Shown one piece after another: positions 24,646-32,000 of a stretch of DNA of 32,000 nt; the stretch's first letter is position 1; every line of letters starts with the position of its first letter. This DNA comes from Nitrososphaera viennensis EN76 (GTDB lineage Archaea; Thermoproteota; Nitrososphaeria; Nitrososphaerales; Nitrososphaeraceae). The stretch covers positions 1,980,001 through 2,012,000 of the forward strand of contig NZ_CP007536.1 in assembly GCF_000698785.1 (NCBI RefSeq), written 5' to 3'. Below the pieces are notes generated by a model. The model was not told the DNA's origin, searched no databases, and saw only the letters and a list, made by a program, of their open reading frames with translations. Made by a program: the position numbers and the translations under genes.

Positions 24646-25182
24646 CTAGTGCGCGTGCGGCGGAGCCTGAGAGCTCTTTGACAGCGCCTCGTTGAAGGTG
24701 CCTGCAGCCTTTTCGTGGAATTCCAGGTTGCTCTGGTCGACCTTGACTGCCTGCGGCGGGCACACTGAAACGCATGCCATGCACCAGATGCAGTCGTGCT
24801 CCCTGATTGGGTCTGCCTTGTCGGTATAGTCCTTGCGCTCTTCCTTTACCGAGCTTCCTGTTCCTGCAAAGGTCTGGTTGATGGCCTCTTTTGCCGGGAC
24901 ATCGTGCTCTGTCCTGTACCACTGGTACACCTGTACGGGGCATGCTTCGATGCAGGCGCCGTCTGCGACGCAAGAGTCCCAGTCGATTGCGACCATCGTG
25001 CCACTCACGCCCAGCGGGACCAGCTCTTCGCCGTGCGACTCGTATGCGTGCTTGACCTCCTCGTTCTCGGCGGCCTCGGCTACCTTGCCTGGGCCCCAGA
25101 AGAAGTGGAAGTGCTCGCCGTCAGAGTGGTTAATCCTTCCAATCACTTGATGATTCCGCGGAAAGTCTGGATCTATCGGCAT
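24646..25182 (-). CDS. Zinc-containing-type dicluster ferredoxin (Sulfolobus Zfx-like) with insertions
   Basis: Two cluster motifs are present, [12 protein letters not shown] and [13 protein letters not shown] His-rich N-terminal extension ([19 protein letters not shown]) resembles the Zn-binding extension of crenarchaeal ferredoxins. TTTATATAAT lies about 35 bp upstream. Confidence 0.8.
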   Translation of the reverse strand: MPIDPDFPRNHQVIGRINHSDGEHFHFFWGPGKVAEAAENEEVKHAYESHGEELVPLGVSGTMVAIDWDSCVADGACIEACPVQVYQWYRTEHDVPAKEAINQTFAGTGSSVKEERKDYTDKADPIREHDCIWCMACVSVCPPQAVKVDQSNLEFHEKAAGTFNEALSKSSQAPPHAH

Positions 25183-25274
25183 TTTTACTCTGCAAGAGAG
25201 AGGGTTTCAAATATTATATAAACTGTTTGCGGGTACGAGCCATAGTTTGCAACTTTGATCTGTAGTCGCCGTCG

Positions 25275-25670
25275 TCAGAGAAACGCCGGCATGAAGAGGT
25301 AGCCTCCGTGCAGTTTCTTGTGCTCGTCGATGCCCTCCTGCGAAACGCCCTGGAAGCCGCACTGGTCGCAAACGTAAAGGCCGAGGGCCTCCGGCTCGGA
25401 CCTGATGCCCACCACGAGCACGTCTCCAAACTCGATGACGGAATGCCCGCCGCCAACGCTTGCCACGTACCTTTTGACAAGGTCTTTTGCCTGCCTGTTG
25501 TTGTTGCCGTCGTCGTCGTCTTCTTCTTGCGCCTCCACCTCGTCTTCAGCGATCGATACTTCCATGCCGCTTTCTGCCAGCACGTCGCGTATCCTGGCCG
25601 CAAATTCGGCGTCGCCGGCGCAGCTTATTGTCAAAGGCATGCCATCACTACCTTCGCCCGGCGCGTACAA
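25275..25670 (-). CDS. Acidic protein with C-terminal classical C2H2 zinc finger (hypothetical)
   Basis: YVCDQCGFQGVSQEGIDEHKKLH gives C-x2-C-x12-H-x3-H. There is a central EEDDDDGNNN acidic run. The gene lies 17 nt downstream of the ArsA-like gene on the same strand. Confidence 0.6.
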   Translation of the reverse strand: MYAPGEGSDGMPLTISCAGDAEFAARIRDVLAESGMEVSIAEDEVEAQEEDDDDGNNNRQAKDLVKRYVASVGGGHSVIEFGDVLVVGIRSEPEALGLYVCDQCGFQGVSQEGIDEHKKLHGGYLFMPAFL

Positions 25671-25686
25671 AAGCGTTGTTGCCTAG

Positions 25687-26862
25687 TTATTTTTCAAACA
25701 GCACCAAAAGCCGCCTGTCTTCAAGCCTTGCCCTGGCAAGCTTCATGCCGGAGGTTGCCACGGGCAGGGGCACGATGTTGACAATCTTGCCTGCCGCGGT
25801 CTTGACGCTCAACGTGAGCGAGTCGCCGTACCTCTCGATCGCAAAGTCGTCCTTTCCCGAAAAGGGCACCTGCACCGTCATGCGTATCGCCGCCGCGCCG
25901 TCCTTCTCAAACGCGTACGGCTGGCCCCTGTAGAACACCTTTGCGGGATCCTCGTCCCCGAACAGCTGGTCGCCGTGCTTTGCCAGCATCTCCATCCCGC
26001 GAAGTTCCGTCGCGTACAGCTGCACTTCCTTTACCGGAAGCGGGTAAAAGTTGGCCTTGGCCTCCTCGACCTTGCCGTGCTGGAAGCTTGCCCACCTGTC
26101 GTAGTACGCGTCGGACGAGCCGGCCATTATCTTGTTCACCACGGCCATGTCCACGTTTATTCCGTAGAGGCTTGCAGACATCATGGCGCGCTTGGCGTTT
26201 TCGATGCTGAACGTGTCGGGGTTTGCCACCAGGCGCAGGCTCGTCACGTTGCTGTCCTTGATAATCTCCGCAAGCGAGTCGAGCCTGTCCATCAGGTCCA
26301 CCTCGCTCTGGATGACGCTCCTTGAGGGCGCCGGAATTTTCGCAAGCGGCTGGAACACCTTGGCAAAGCCAGAGAAAAGGCCGGCAAGGCCGGTCAGCTT
26401 GCGGCCGATGCTCCCGACCAGCTTTGGGAAGTAGAGGTAGCGCAGCGCCTCGCCGGACGCCGGCATGTCGAGCACGACTGCGTCAAACTCGCCCGTGTGC
26501 GAGACCTCCTCTATCTTTAGCAATGAAAAAAGCTGCGTCATGCCGGGGAGCATCGCTATCTCGTAGGCAAGCGTCTCGTCTATGCCCTTTGCGGAAAACA
26601 CGGACGCCATGTACGACAGTATCGTGCTGTACTGCTTGCTCATCTCGGTGACGGGGTCTATCTGCTGCGCCACCAGGTTCTCTGCTACTTGCCCCGGCTC
26701 GTGGCCCACCTCCGGCATCATGAACGCGTCTGCAAGCGTGTGCGCCGGGTCTGCCGACAGGACCAGTGTTCTGTGGCCGCGCCTGGCAAGCTTTAGCCCC
26801 GTCGCGCAGGACGTCACGGTCTTGCCGGTGCCTCCCTTGCCGGTGTATATGATGAGCCTCAA
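25687..26862 (-). CDS. ArsA/Get3-family ATPase with C-terminal HSP20-like domain
   Basis: The deviant Walker A is GKGGTGKT, followed by DPAHTL and a switch region. The C-terminal ~85 aa (IRMTVQVPFSGKDDFAIERYGDSLTLSVK...LEDRRLLVLFEK) look like the ArsA_HSP20 beta-sandwich. Confidence 0.8.
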   Translation of the reverse strand: MRLIIYTGKGGTGKTVTSCATGLKLARRGHRTLVLSADPAHTLADAFMMPEVGHEPGQVAENLVAQQIDPVTEMSKQYSTILSYMASVFSAKGIDETLAYEIAMLPGMTQLFSLLKIEEVSHTGEFDAVVLDMPASGEALRYLYFPKLVGSIGRKLTGLAGLFSGFAKVFQPLAKIPAPSRSVIQSEVDLMDRLDSLAEIIKDSNVTSLRLVANPDTFSIENAKRAMMSASLYGINVDMAVVNKIMAGSSDAYYDRWASFQHGKVEEAKANFYPLPVKEVQLYATELRGMEMLAKHGDQLFGDEDPAKVFYRGQPYAFEKDGAAAIRMTVQVPFSGKDDFAIERYGDSLTLSVKTAAGKIVNIVPLPVATSGMKLARARLEDRRLLVLFEK

Positions 26863-26938
26863 TTTATTCAGGGCAAAATCGACATTTTAAAGATAAAAAA
26901 GTTTGGAAAAAAGGATAAAGAGAGAGAGGCGGCGGGCC

Positions 26939-28165
26939 CTAAGTGACGTACGCCCTCTCTGCGTGCTGCGTGATGTCGAGGCCGATGTCCTCTTCCTCTT
27001 CCTTGACCTTGAGGCCGATTGTCTTGTCTATCACCTTCATGATGACGGCCGTGCCTCCAAAGCCCAGCGCGCCTGCAACTCCGACGCCGAGCGCCTGTAT
27101 TGCAAACTGCATCGGGTTGCCAAAGAGGAGCCCGTTTGGTCCCGCCGGGTTTACCACCTGCGTCGCAAGTATGCCTATCGCAAGCGAGCCGACGATGCCT
27201 GTGACTCCGTGCACAGAGCTGACATCAAGCGCGTCGTCTATCTTCCAGTGCTCCTTGAGGAGCAGGATGGCATAGTAGGACGCAAAGCCAAGCACGATGC
27301 CAAGGATAAACGAGCTCTGCGCGTCGATAAAGCCGGCGGCCGGAGTCACGCCTGCAAGGCCGGCAATGGCGCCGTTGATGACGGCGGTTGTCGATGGCTT
27401 GCCCGACCTTTTCCATGAAAGGAATATCCACACCATCGCGGACGTGGCGGAGGCGATATGGGTTACAAGCAGCGTGTTTGCGGCAAGCGAGCCTGACGCC
27501 AGCGCGCTCCCCGCGTTAAAGCCAAACCAGCCTATCCACAAAAGCGCGGCCCCGATGACTGCAAGGGGGATGTTGTGCGGGACCATGATGTCCGGCCCAA
27601 AGTTCTTCCTGCGGCCAAGGATGAGGGCGGCTGCAAGGGACGCCATGCCTGCGCTGGTGTGTATTACAATACCACCTGCAAAGTCAAACACGCCCAGATC
27701 GGCAAGCCAGCCCCTGCCCCAGATCCAGTGGGCAAGCGGGTAGTAGATGAATATGCTCCACGCTATGATGAAAACAAAGAACGAGCTCCACTTCAGCCTC
27801 TCAGCAAACGCTCCCGTTATGAGGAGCGGCGTGATGACCGCAAACATCATCTGGTATCCGCCAAATGTGACCCCCGGTATCGTGGGCGCATAGTCAACGC
27901 TGTCGTTGAACGGCACGTTGTTGAAGAACAGCCAGTCAAGGCCGCCGATCCACCCGTTCTGGGAAGGAGCGAACACCAGAGTGAACCCCAAGACGAACCA
28001 GAGCGTGGAAAGGATCGCAAGGCCGGAGAAGGTCTGCATGAGGACAGACAGCGAGTTCTTGCTGCGGATAAGGCCAGCTTCAAAAAAGCCAAGCGCGGGC
28101 GTCATCAACATGACGAGACCTGTAGAGATAAGCATCCATGTAGTATCTCCAGTATCGATCGGCAT
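26939..28165 (-). CDS. amt: Ammonium transporter Amt
   Basis: A 408-aa polytopic membrane protein. TWMLISTGLVMLMTPALGFFEAGLIRSKN, FDFAGGIVIHTSAG and DVSSVHGVTGIVG are Amt/MEP signature regions. Confidence 0.92.
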   Translation of the reverse strand: MPIDTGDTTWMLISTGLVMLMTPALGFFEAGLIRSKNSLSVLMQTFSGLAILSTLWFVLGFTLVFAPSQNGWIGGLDWLFFNNVPFNDSVDYAPTIPGVTFGGYQMMFAVITPLLITGAFAERLKWSSFFVFIIAWSIFIYYPLAHWIWGRGWLADLGVFDFAGGIVIHTSAGMASLAAALILGRRKNFGPDIMVPHNIPLAVIGAALLWIGWFGFNAGSALASGSLAANTLLVTHIASATSAMVWIFLSWKRSGKPSTTAVINGAIAGLAGVTPAAGFIDAQSSFILGIVLGFASYYAILLLKEHWKIDDALDVSSVHGVTGIVGSLAIGILATQVVNPAGPNGLLFGNPMQFAIQALGVGVAGALGFGGTAVIMKVIDKTIGLKVKEEEEDIGLDITQHAERAYVT

Positions 28166-28193
28166 TTCCAGCCTCTATGTGAGAGGAGAATGC

Positions 28194-28272
28194 TATAAAA
28201 AGTCATCGCAATCATGATAATATCATAATCTATGATTTTTATGATATGATCTTACAAGTTGCGATAATTATC
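28194..28272 (-). promoter_or_regulatory. amt promoter: TATA box plus clustered ATGAT/ATCAT repeats and two palindromes
   Basis: TTTTTATA (minus strand, 28194-28201) lies about 32 bp upstream of the ATG at 28165. The palindrome ATGATA-A-TATCAT is at 28214-28226, with further ATGAT copies at 28232-28236, 28241-28245 and 28246-28250. The palindrome GATAATTATC is at 28263-28272. Confidence 0.5.
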
Positions 28273-28287
28273 ACGCCCTGTTTGAAA

Positions 28288-29436
28288 TCATGGCTGTGAC
28301 GGTGATGATGATGCTGCTGATGCTGTTGTTGGTGACGACAAGGCAAGCACCAGTTCTGCCGCCGTGCGCCTGACGTCGCCCTCGCCCACGCCGGGGTGGA
28401 CCGGGAGCGAAAGGACCCGCCCCGCGCACCACTCCGTGGCCGGCAGTTTTGTTGCCGCCGACAGCTTGCGGTAGTAGGGCGTCTTGTGCACCGGCGGGTT
28501 GTAGTAGACGGTCGCGCCGATGCCTTCCTTCTGCAGCCTTGCCATCACGCCGTCTCGCGCCGCGCCCTTGGCAAGGCAGACCGTGTAGAGGTACCAGTTG
28601 AACACACGATCGTCGCTTTCCTGCGGCAGCGCGACGTCTTTTGCGCCCTGCAAGAGCTCCGACATCAGCTCTGCGTTCTTCCTCCTTGCGGCAAGCATTG
28701 AGGTGAGCTTTGCCATCTGCACCTTTGCTATTGCGGCCGCAAGCTCTGGCAGGCGCAGGTTCAGGCCCAGGACCCGCGTGTCGTAGCCTTTTACCATGCC
28801 GTGGTTCCGTATCATCTTTAGCTCGTCTGCAAGGCGCGAGTCGTCAGTCGCTATCGCGCCGCCCTCGCCGGCGGTCAGCACCTTGCTTGCGTACATGCTA
28901 AAGCACCCCATTGCGCCAAACGTGCCGGTCTGCCTCTTTTTGTATGTGGAGCCAAGCGACTGGCACGCGTCCTCGATGACGGCAAGCGAGCGCTTTTGCG
29001 CGAGTTCAGATACGGCGTCCATGTCGCACGGGTGGCCGTAGAGGTGGACGGGTATCACCGCCTTTGTCTTTCTCGTCACCTTGCGCTTTGCGTCGGAAAC
29101 GTCGATAGTGTAATCATGCTTTTCAATGTCTACAAACACAGGCTTGGCACCTGCCGCGACGACCGCGTTTGCGGTGGCGACAAACGTGAACGACGGCACG
29201 AGCACCTCGTCGCCCGGCCCGATGCCTGCGGCAAGAAGAGCCGCGTGCAGCGCCGCGGTGCCCGAGTTGACCGCTATGACGTGCTTGCAGCCGAGGTACT
29301 CTTTCATGAGGGATTCGAAATCGCGGACGCGTTTTCCTCCGTCTGCTGCGGCGCTTGTGAGCGCGTTTTCCTCTATAACGCTCATCACTTCACGCTTTTC
29401 TTCTTCTCCTAGCTGCGGCTTGTTTATTGGGATCAC
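28288..29436 (-). CDS. DegT/DnrJ/EryC1/StrS-family PLP-dependent sugar aminotransferase
   Basis: MIPINKPQLGEEE..., AVNSGTAALHAALLA, VPSFTFVATANAV and the SMYASKVLTAGEGG lysine context match the family. It has a low-complexity Ser/Pro C-terminal tail. Confidence 0.85.
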   Translation of the reverse strand: MIPINKPQLGEEEKREVMSVIEENALTSAAADGGKRVRDFESLMKEYLGCKHVIAVNSGTAALHAALLAAGIGPGDEVLVPSFTFVATANAVVAAGAKPVFVDIEKHDYTIDVSDAKRKVTRKTKAVIPVHLYGHPCDMDAVSELAQKRSLAVIEDACQSLGSTYKKRQTGTFGAMGCFSMYASKVLTAGEGGAIATDDSRLADELKMIRNHGMVKGYDTRVLGLNLRLPELAAAIAKVQMAKLTSMLAARRKNAELMSELLQGAKDVALPQESDDRVFNWYLYTVCLAKGAARDGVMARLQKEGIGATVYYNPPVHKTPYYRKLSAATKLPATEWCAGRVLSLPVHPGVGEGDVRRTAAELVLALSSPTTASAASSSPSQP

Positions 29437-29694
29437 GGTGAAAACAAGGTATACTTTTGCGGTTTAAAAGAATGTTGGCGTACATGGCCGTACAAGCTGC
29501 GCATGGCCCGCAGTCGCAGCCGGCAGGATTCTTGGCACAATAATATTGCGAAATGCGCGCCCTGCGTCGTAATCCCTTTTCTCTTTTTCAAGCCCTTCTG
29601 CCTATAGTTTCCAAAACTAGAGTCGTACTTTGTACCAATCAACTAAATCAGTTCTGCATAATGGCTTTTAATTTTCTGGCTAGGTTGACTCCAG

Positions 29695-30555
29695 ATGAAC
29701 GGTAAAAAAGTTCTAGTTATTGGCCTTGGCCAGATAGGCTACAGCAACGCAGAGTACATGACGATGAAGGGTCTGACGGTCGACGGCTATGACATCAGCG
29801 AAAAGGCTGTCCAGCGCGCGCTGGACGATCAGGTCATACGAAAAAGGGCGAGCAACTTTGCCGGCTATGACTATTACATTATCTGCATCTCCACGCACAG
29901 GCCGGAAGACATGTTCCAGCCGTACCTCGACGGGCTGTTTGACATTGCAAGGCAGCTCTCGTACGAGGGCAAGCAGGGAGCGCTTGTCGGGATAGACAGC
30001 ACGATAACGAGGGGCACGTCGGAAAAGGTCCTTGAGATGCTGCGCCACAAGATGCACGTGGTGCACGTACCCCACAGGTTCTACATCAACGAAAAGCACG
30101 ACCACGGCGTGCGCCAGACCAGAGTCATCGGCGGCTGCGAGCCCTGCTGCATCGACAAGGCGCGCCAGTTCTACGGCGACCTCTTGGACATACCGCTCCA
30201 CCCTGTAGAATCGGTGGAGGTGGCAGAGCTGTGCAAGATAGTGGAAAACTCGTACAGGTTCATGGAGATAGCTTTTGCGGAAGAGCTGAAGATGTTCTGC
30301 GACCGCTCTGGCATCAATTTTGCCGATCTCCGCAGCGCGATAAACACGAAATGGAACATCAAGGTACTCGAGCCACGCGATGGCATAGGAGGCCACTGCC
30401 TGCCAAAGGACAGCCAGATGTTCCTCAATTTGTCAAAGAGCCTTCTGGAGACAAGCATCATAGACGCGGCAAAGAAGGTGGATGAGGAGTACCGGTCGCA
30501 CATCGGCCACCCTGTGCCTCCCGGTAAAGTCCCGTCAATGCAGCAGCTGCACTGA
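29695..30555 (+). CDS. UDP-glucose/GDP-mannose dehydrogenase-family protein, short form lacking the C-terminal nucleotide-sugar-binding domain
   Basis: The Rossmann motif is VLVIGLGQIGY and the catalytic-Cys motif is GIGGHCLPKD. The protein ends about 40 aa after the catalytic Cys, at 286 aa total. Confidence 0.7.
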   Translation: MNGKKVLVIGLGQIGYSNAEYMTMKGLTVDGYDISEKAVQRALDDQVIRKRASNFAGYDYYIICISTHRPEDMFQPYLDGLFDIARQLSYEGKQGALVGIDSTITRGTSEKVLEMLRHKMHVVHVPHRFYINEKHDHGVRQTRVIGGCEPCCIDKARQFYGDLLDIPLHPVESVEVAELCKIVENSYRFMEIAFAEELKMFCDRSGINFADLRSAINTKWNIKVLEPRDGIGGHCLPKDSQMFLNLSKSLLETSIIDAAKKVDEEYRSHIGHPVPPGKVPSMQQLH

Positions 30556-30568
30556 GGAATACAAAAGC

Positions 30569-31309
30569 ATGAAGCTGGCGCACCTTGGGGCGATAGCCAC
30601 GGCAGCAATAGTGGCGGTAGGTGTGGTCCTGGCCTTGGGCCCGGCTTACATGCACACGCTTGACCGCAACAAGCCCCCTCCTGTCATGCTGTCGTTTTCT
30701 GTGGTAGACGGCCAGAACGTGCCGCAATGGTGCAAGGACCTTTCTTCCATACTCGCCAAGCACAACGTCAGGGCGACGGTGTTTGTCACCGGCAAGGTTG
30801 CAGAGCAGAACCCTGGCTGCGTGACTGCCCTTGCGGCCTACTCGGGAATAGACATCGGGAGCCAGACGTACAGCTACGTCGCCCTGCCGTCCGTGGGAGA
30901 CTATACAAAGGCACTCGACGAGGTCAAGCGCGGCAAGCTGGCAGTCGACGCGGCTGGCAACATAAACTCCAAGGTATTCAAGGCGCCCTACGGCGCAACC
31001 GACCAGAACATCTACTCGCTTCTTTCAAGCTCTGGCATTTCAGCCGACTTTTCCTATTCTTCGCAATACAACAAGTTCGAGGGCGGCCAGTTCGTCAAGT
31101 ACGACCTGGTGTCATGCGACAACTGCGGCGAGTCGCCGGACAGGGTGCGCCAGCTCATGGACATGCATTCGCCGGTGATGATAGACATCGACAACACGGC
31201 GCAGCCAAGCGAGATCGAAAGCCTGGTAGTCGCGCTCAAGAACGGCAACGTGAACCTTGTGAACGCGTCCGGGCTCACGGGCCTTGACCTGACGGTGAGA
31301 AACGCATAG
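30569..31309 (+). CDS. NodB-homology (CE4) polysaccharide deacetylase-like protein, TM-anchored, with degenerate catalytic motifs
   Basis: The N-terminal TM is GAIATAAIVAVGVVLAL. The CE4 motif positions read SFSVVDG (for TFDDG), IGSQTYSY (for IGxHTxxH) and FKAPYG (for RxPYG). The ATG at 30569 is preferred over the track start at 30482, which overlaps the upstream gene. Confidence 0.7.
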   Translation: MKLAHLGAIATAAIVAVGVVLALGPAYMHTLDRNKPPPVMLSFSVVDGQNVPQWCKDLSSILAKHNVRATVFVTGKVAEQNPGCVTALAAYSGIDIGSQTYSYVALPSVGDYTKALDEVKRGKLAVDAAGNINSKVFKAPYGATDQNIYSLLSSSGISADFSYSSQYNKFEGGQFVKYDLVSCDNCGESPDRVRQLMDMHSPVMIDIDNTAQPSEIESLVVALKNGNVNLVNASGLTGLDLTVRNA

Positions 31310-31311
31310 CC

Positions 31312-32000
31312 ATGATTGAGCAACCACCACCATCATCAGACCAGCAACAGCCTCCTCCTCCAGCACAGTCATCATCATCACTACCATCATCATCAACAAT
31401 AACAACCCCGGCGGCCATGTCCGGGCAGCAGATAGGAAAAAGCGGCCGTATTCACGTCAGCAAGAAAGCCTGGGTGGTCAGGTCGCTGACAATCCTTGCA
31501 GTGCTTGGGATAATCGCTTACACCATCGTCCTGAGCCTGCAGATGAACGACTGGTTCATCCTTGCAAGCGTGATATTCCCGCTCCATTCGCTTACCGCGC
31601 TCGTGGTCGGGTGGATATTCTTCAAGTCGCCGGCCACTGGCAAGGCCGGAGACGACCTGGTTACTGTCATCATACCCGTCTATAACCAGAACGTGATGAT
31701 CGAGTCTGTGATAGACGCCGTGTTCCAGTCCACGTACAAGAACCTGGAGGTGGTTGCAGTGGACGACGGAAGCAAGGACGGCACGCAGGAAATCCTCAAC
31801 AGGCTTGCGGCAAAGCACCCTGCGCTAAAGGTGGTCCACAAGAAGAACGAGGGCAAGCGCAAGGCAATCGCTTCTGCGTTCTACAATTCAAAGGGCAACT
31901 TTTTGATATTCATAGACTCTGACAGCATTGTCGACAGAAACGCAATCATGGAACTTTTGAAGGCGTTCAAGGGCGACCCCCGGGTCGGGGCGGTAGTCGG
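31312..32000 (+). CDS. Family-2 glycosyltransferase, membrane-embedded processive-synthase-like (partial, runs off the right edge)
   Basis: Absent from the track because it has no stop. My translation is MIEQPPPSSDQQQPPPP...(TM helices)...VTVIIPVYNQNVMIESVIDAVFQSTYKNLEVVAVDDGSKDGT...FLIFIDSDS..., with GT2 DxD-type motifs. An alternative start is at 31417. Confidence 0.8.
   Translation, partial: MIEQPPPSSDQQQPPPPAQSSSSLPSSSTITTPAAMSGQQIGKSGRIHVSKKAWVVRSLTILAVLGIIAYTIVLSLQMNDWFILASVIFPLHSLTALVVGWIFFKSPATGKAGDDLVTVIIPVYNQNVMIESVIDAVFQSTYKNLEVVAVDDGSKDGTQEILNRLAAKHPALKVVHKKNEGKRKAIASAFYNSKGNFLIFIDSDSIVDRNAIMELLKAFKGDPRVGAVV

Noticed and set aside
30482-30568. Upstream extension of the NodB-like ORF (track start 30482)
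   Set aside because: The extension overlaps the last 74 nt of the dehydrogenase gene and encodes an Arg/Ser/Cys-rich non-protein-like peptide. The ATG at 30569 starts directly with a signal-anchor sequence (MKLAHLGAIATAAIVAV).
31318-31400. Trinucleotide-like runs (CCACCACCATCATCA..., CCTCCTCCTCC, TCATCATCATCA), with similar runs at 28290-28335 and 25490-25540
   Set aside because: They encode low-complexity Pro/Gln/Ser or Asp/Glu/Asn linkers at protein termini (GT2 N-terminus, DegT C-terminus, acidic protein). They have no independent repeat structure or spacer organisation.

Overview
The window looks like chromosomal DNA from an ammonia-oxidising thaumarchaeon of the Nitrososphaera type. This is an inference from an Amt transporter, a blue-copper protein, F420-type enzymes, TATA boxes about 30 bp upstream of start codons, an intron-bearing tRNA and many small zinc-finger ORFs. 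Positions 1-8183 hold a tightly coupled histidine operon on the minus strand (hisG-hisD-hisC-HAD hydrolase-hisB-hisH-hisA-hisF), followed by a class-II-like HMG-CoA reductase. Positions 8.3-12.5 kb carry small zinc-finger ORFs, a plastocyanin-like protein, a PQQ-type sugar dehydrogenase, a 4xCBS protein with an HPF/RaiA-like C-terminal domain, and tRNA-Ser(UGA) with two apparent introns. Positions 12.55-23.0 kb are visibly more AT-rich. They carry aIF-1A, a PepSY protein, F420-type oxidoreductases, an O-methyltransferase, a 38-bp direct repeat pair, a divergent emfourin-like inhibitor plus HExxH metallopeptidase with four peptidoglycan-binding repeats, and an EEP nuclease. Positions 23-32 kb return to high GC with three unknown genes, a Zn-type ferredoxin, an ArsA/Get3-like ATPase, amt, and a glycan cluster (DegT aminotransferase, truncated UDP-sugar dehydrogenase, degenerate NodB deacetylase, GT2 synthase). 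The best candidates for new biology are the inhibitor/metallopeptidase/PG-binding module in an organism without murein, and the CBS-HPF fusion. All calls come from reading the sequence and remembered family motifs; no searches were run.
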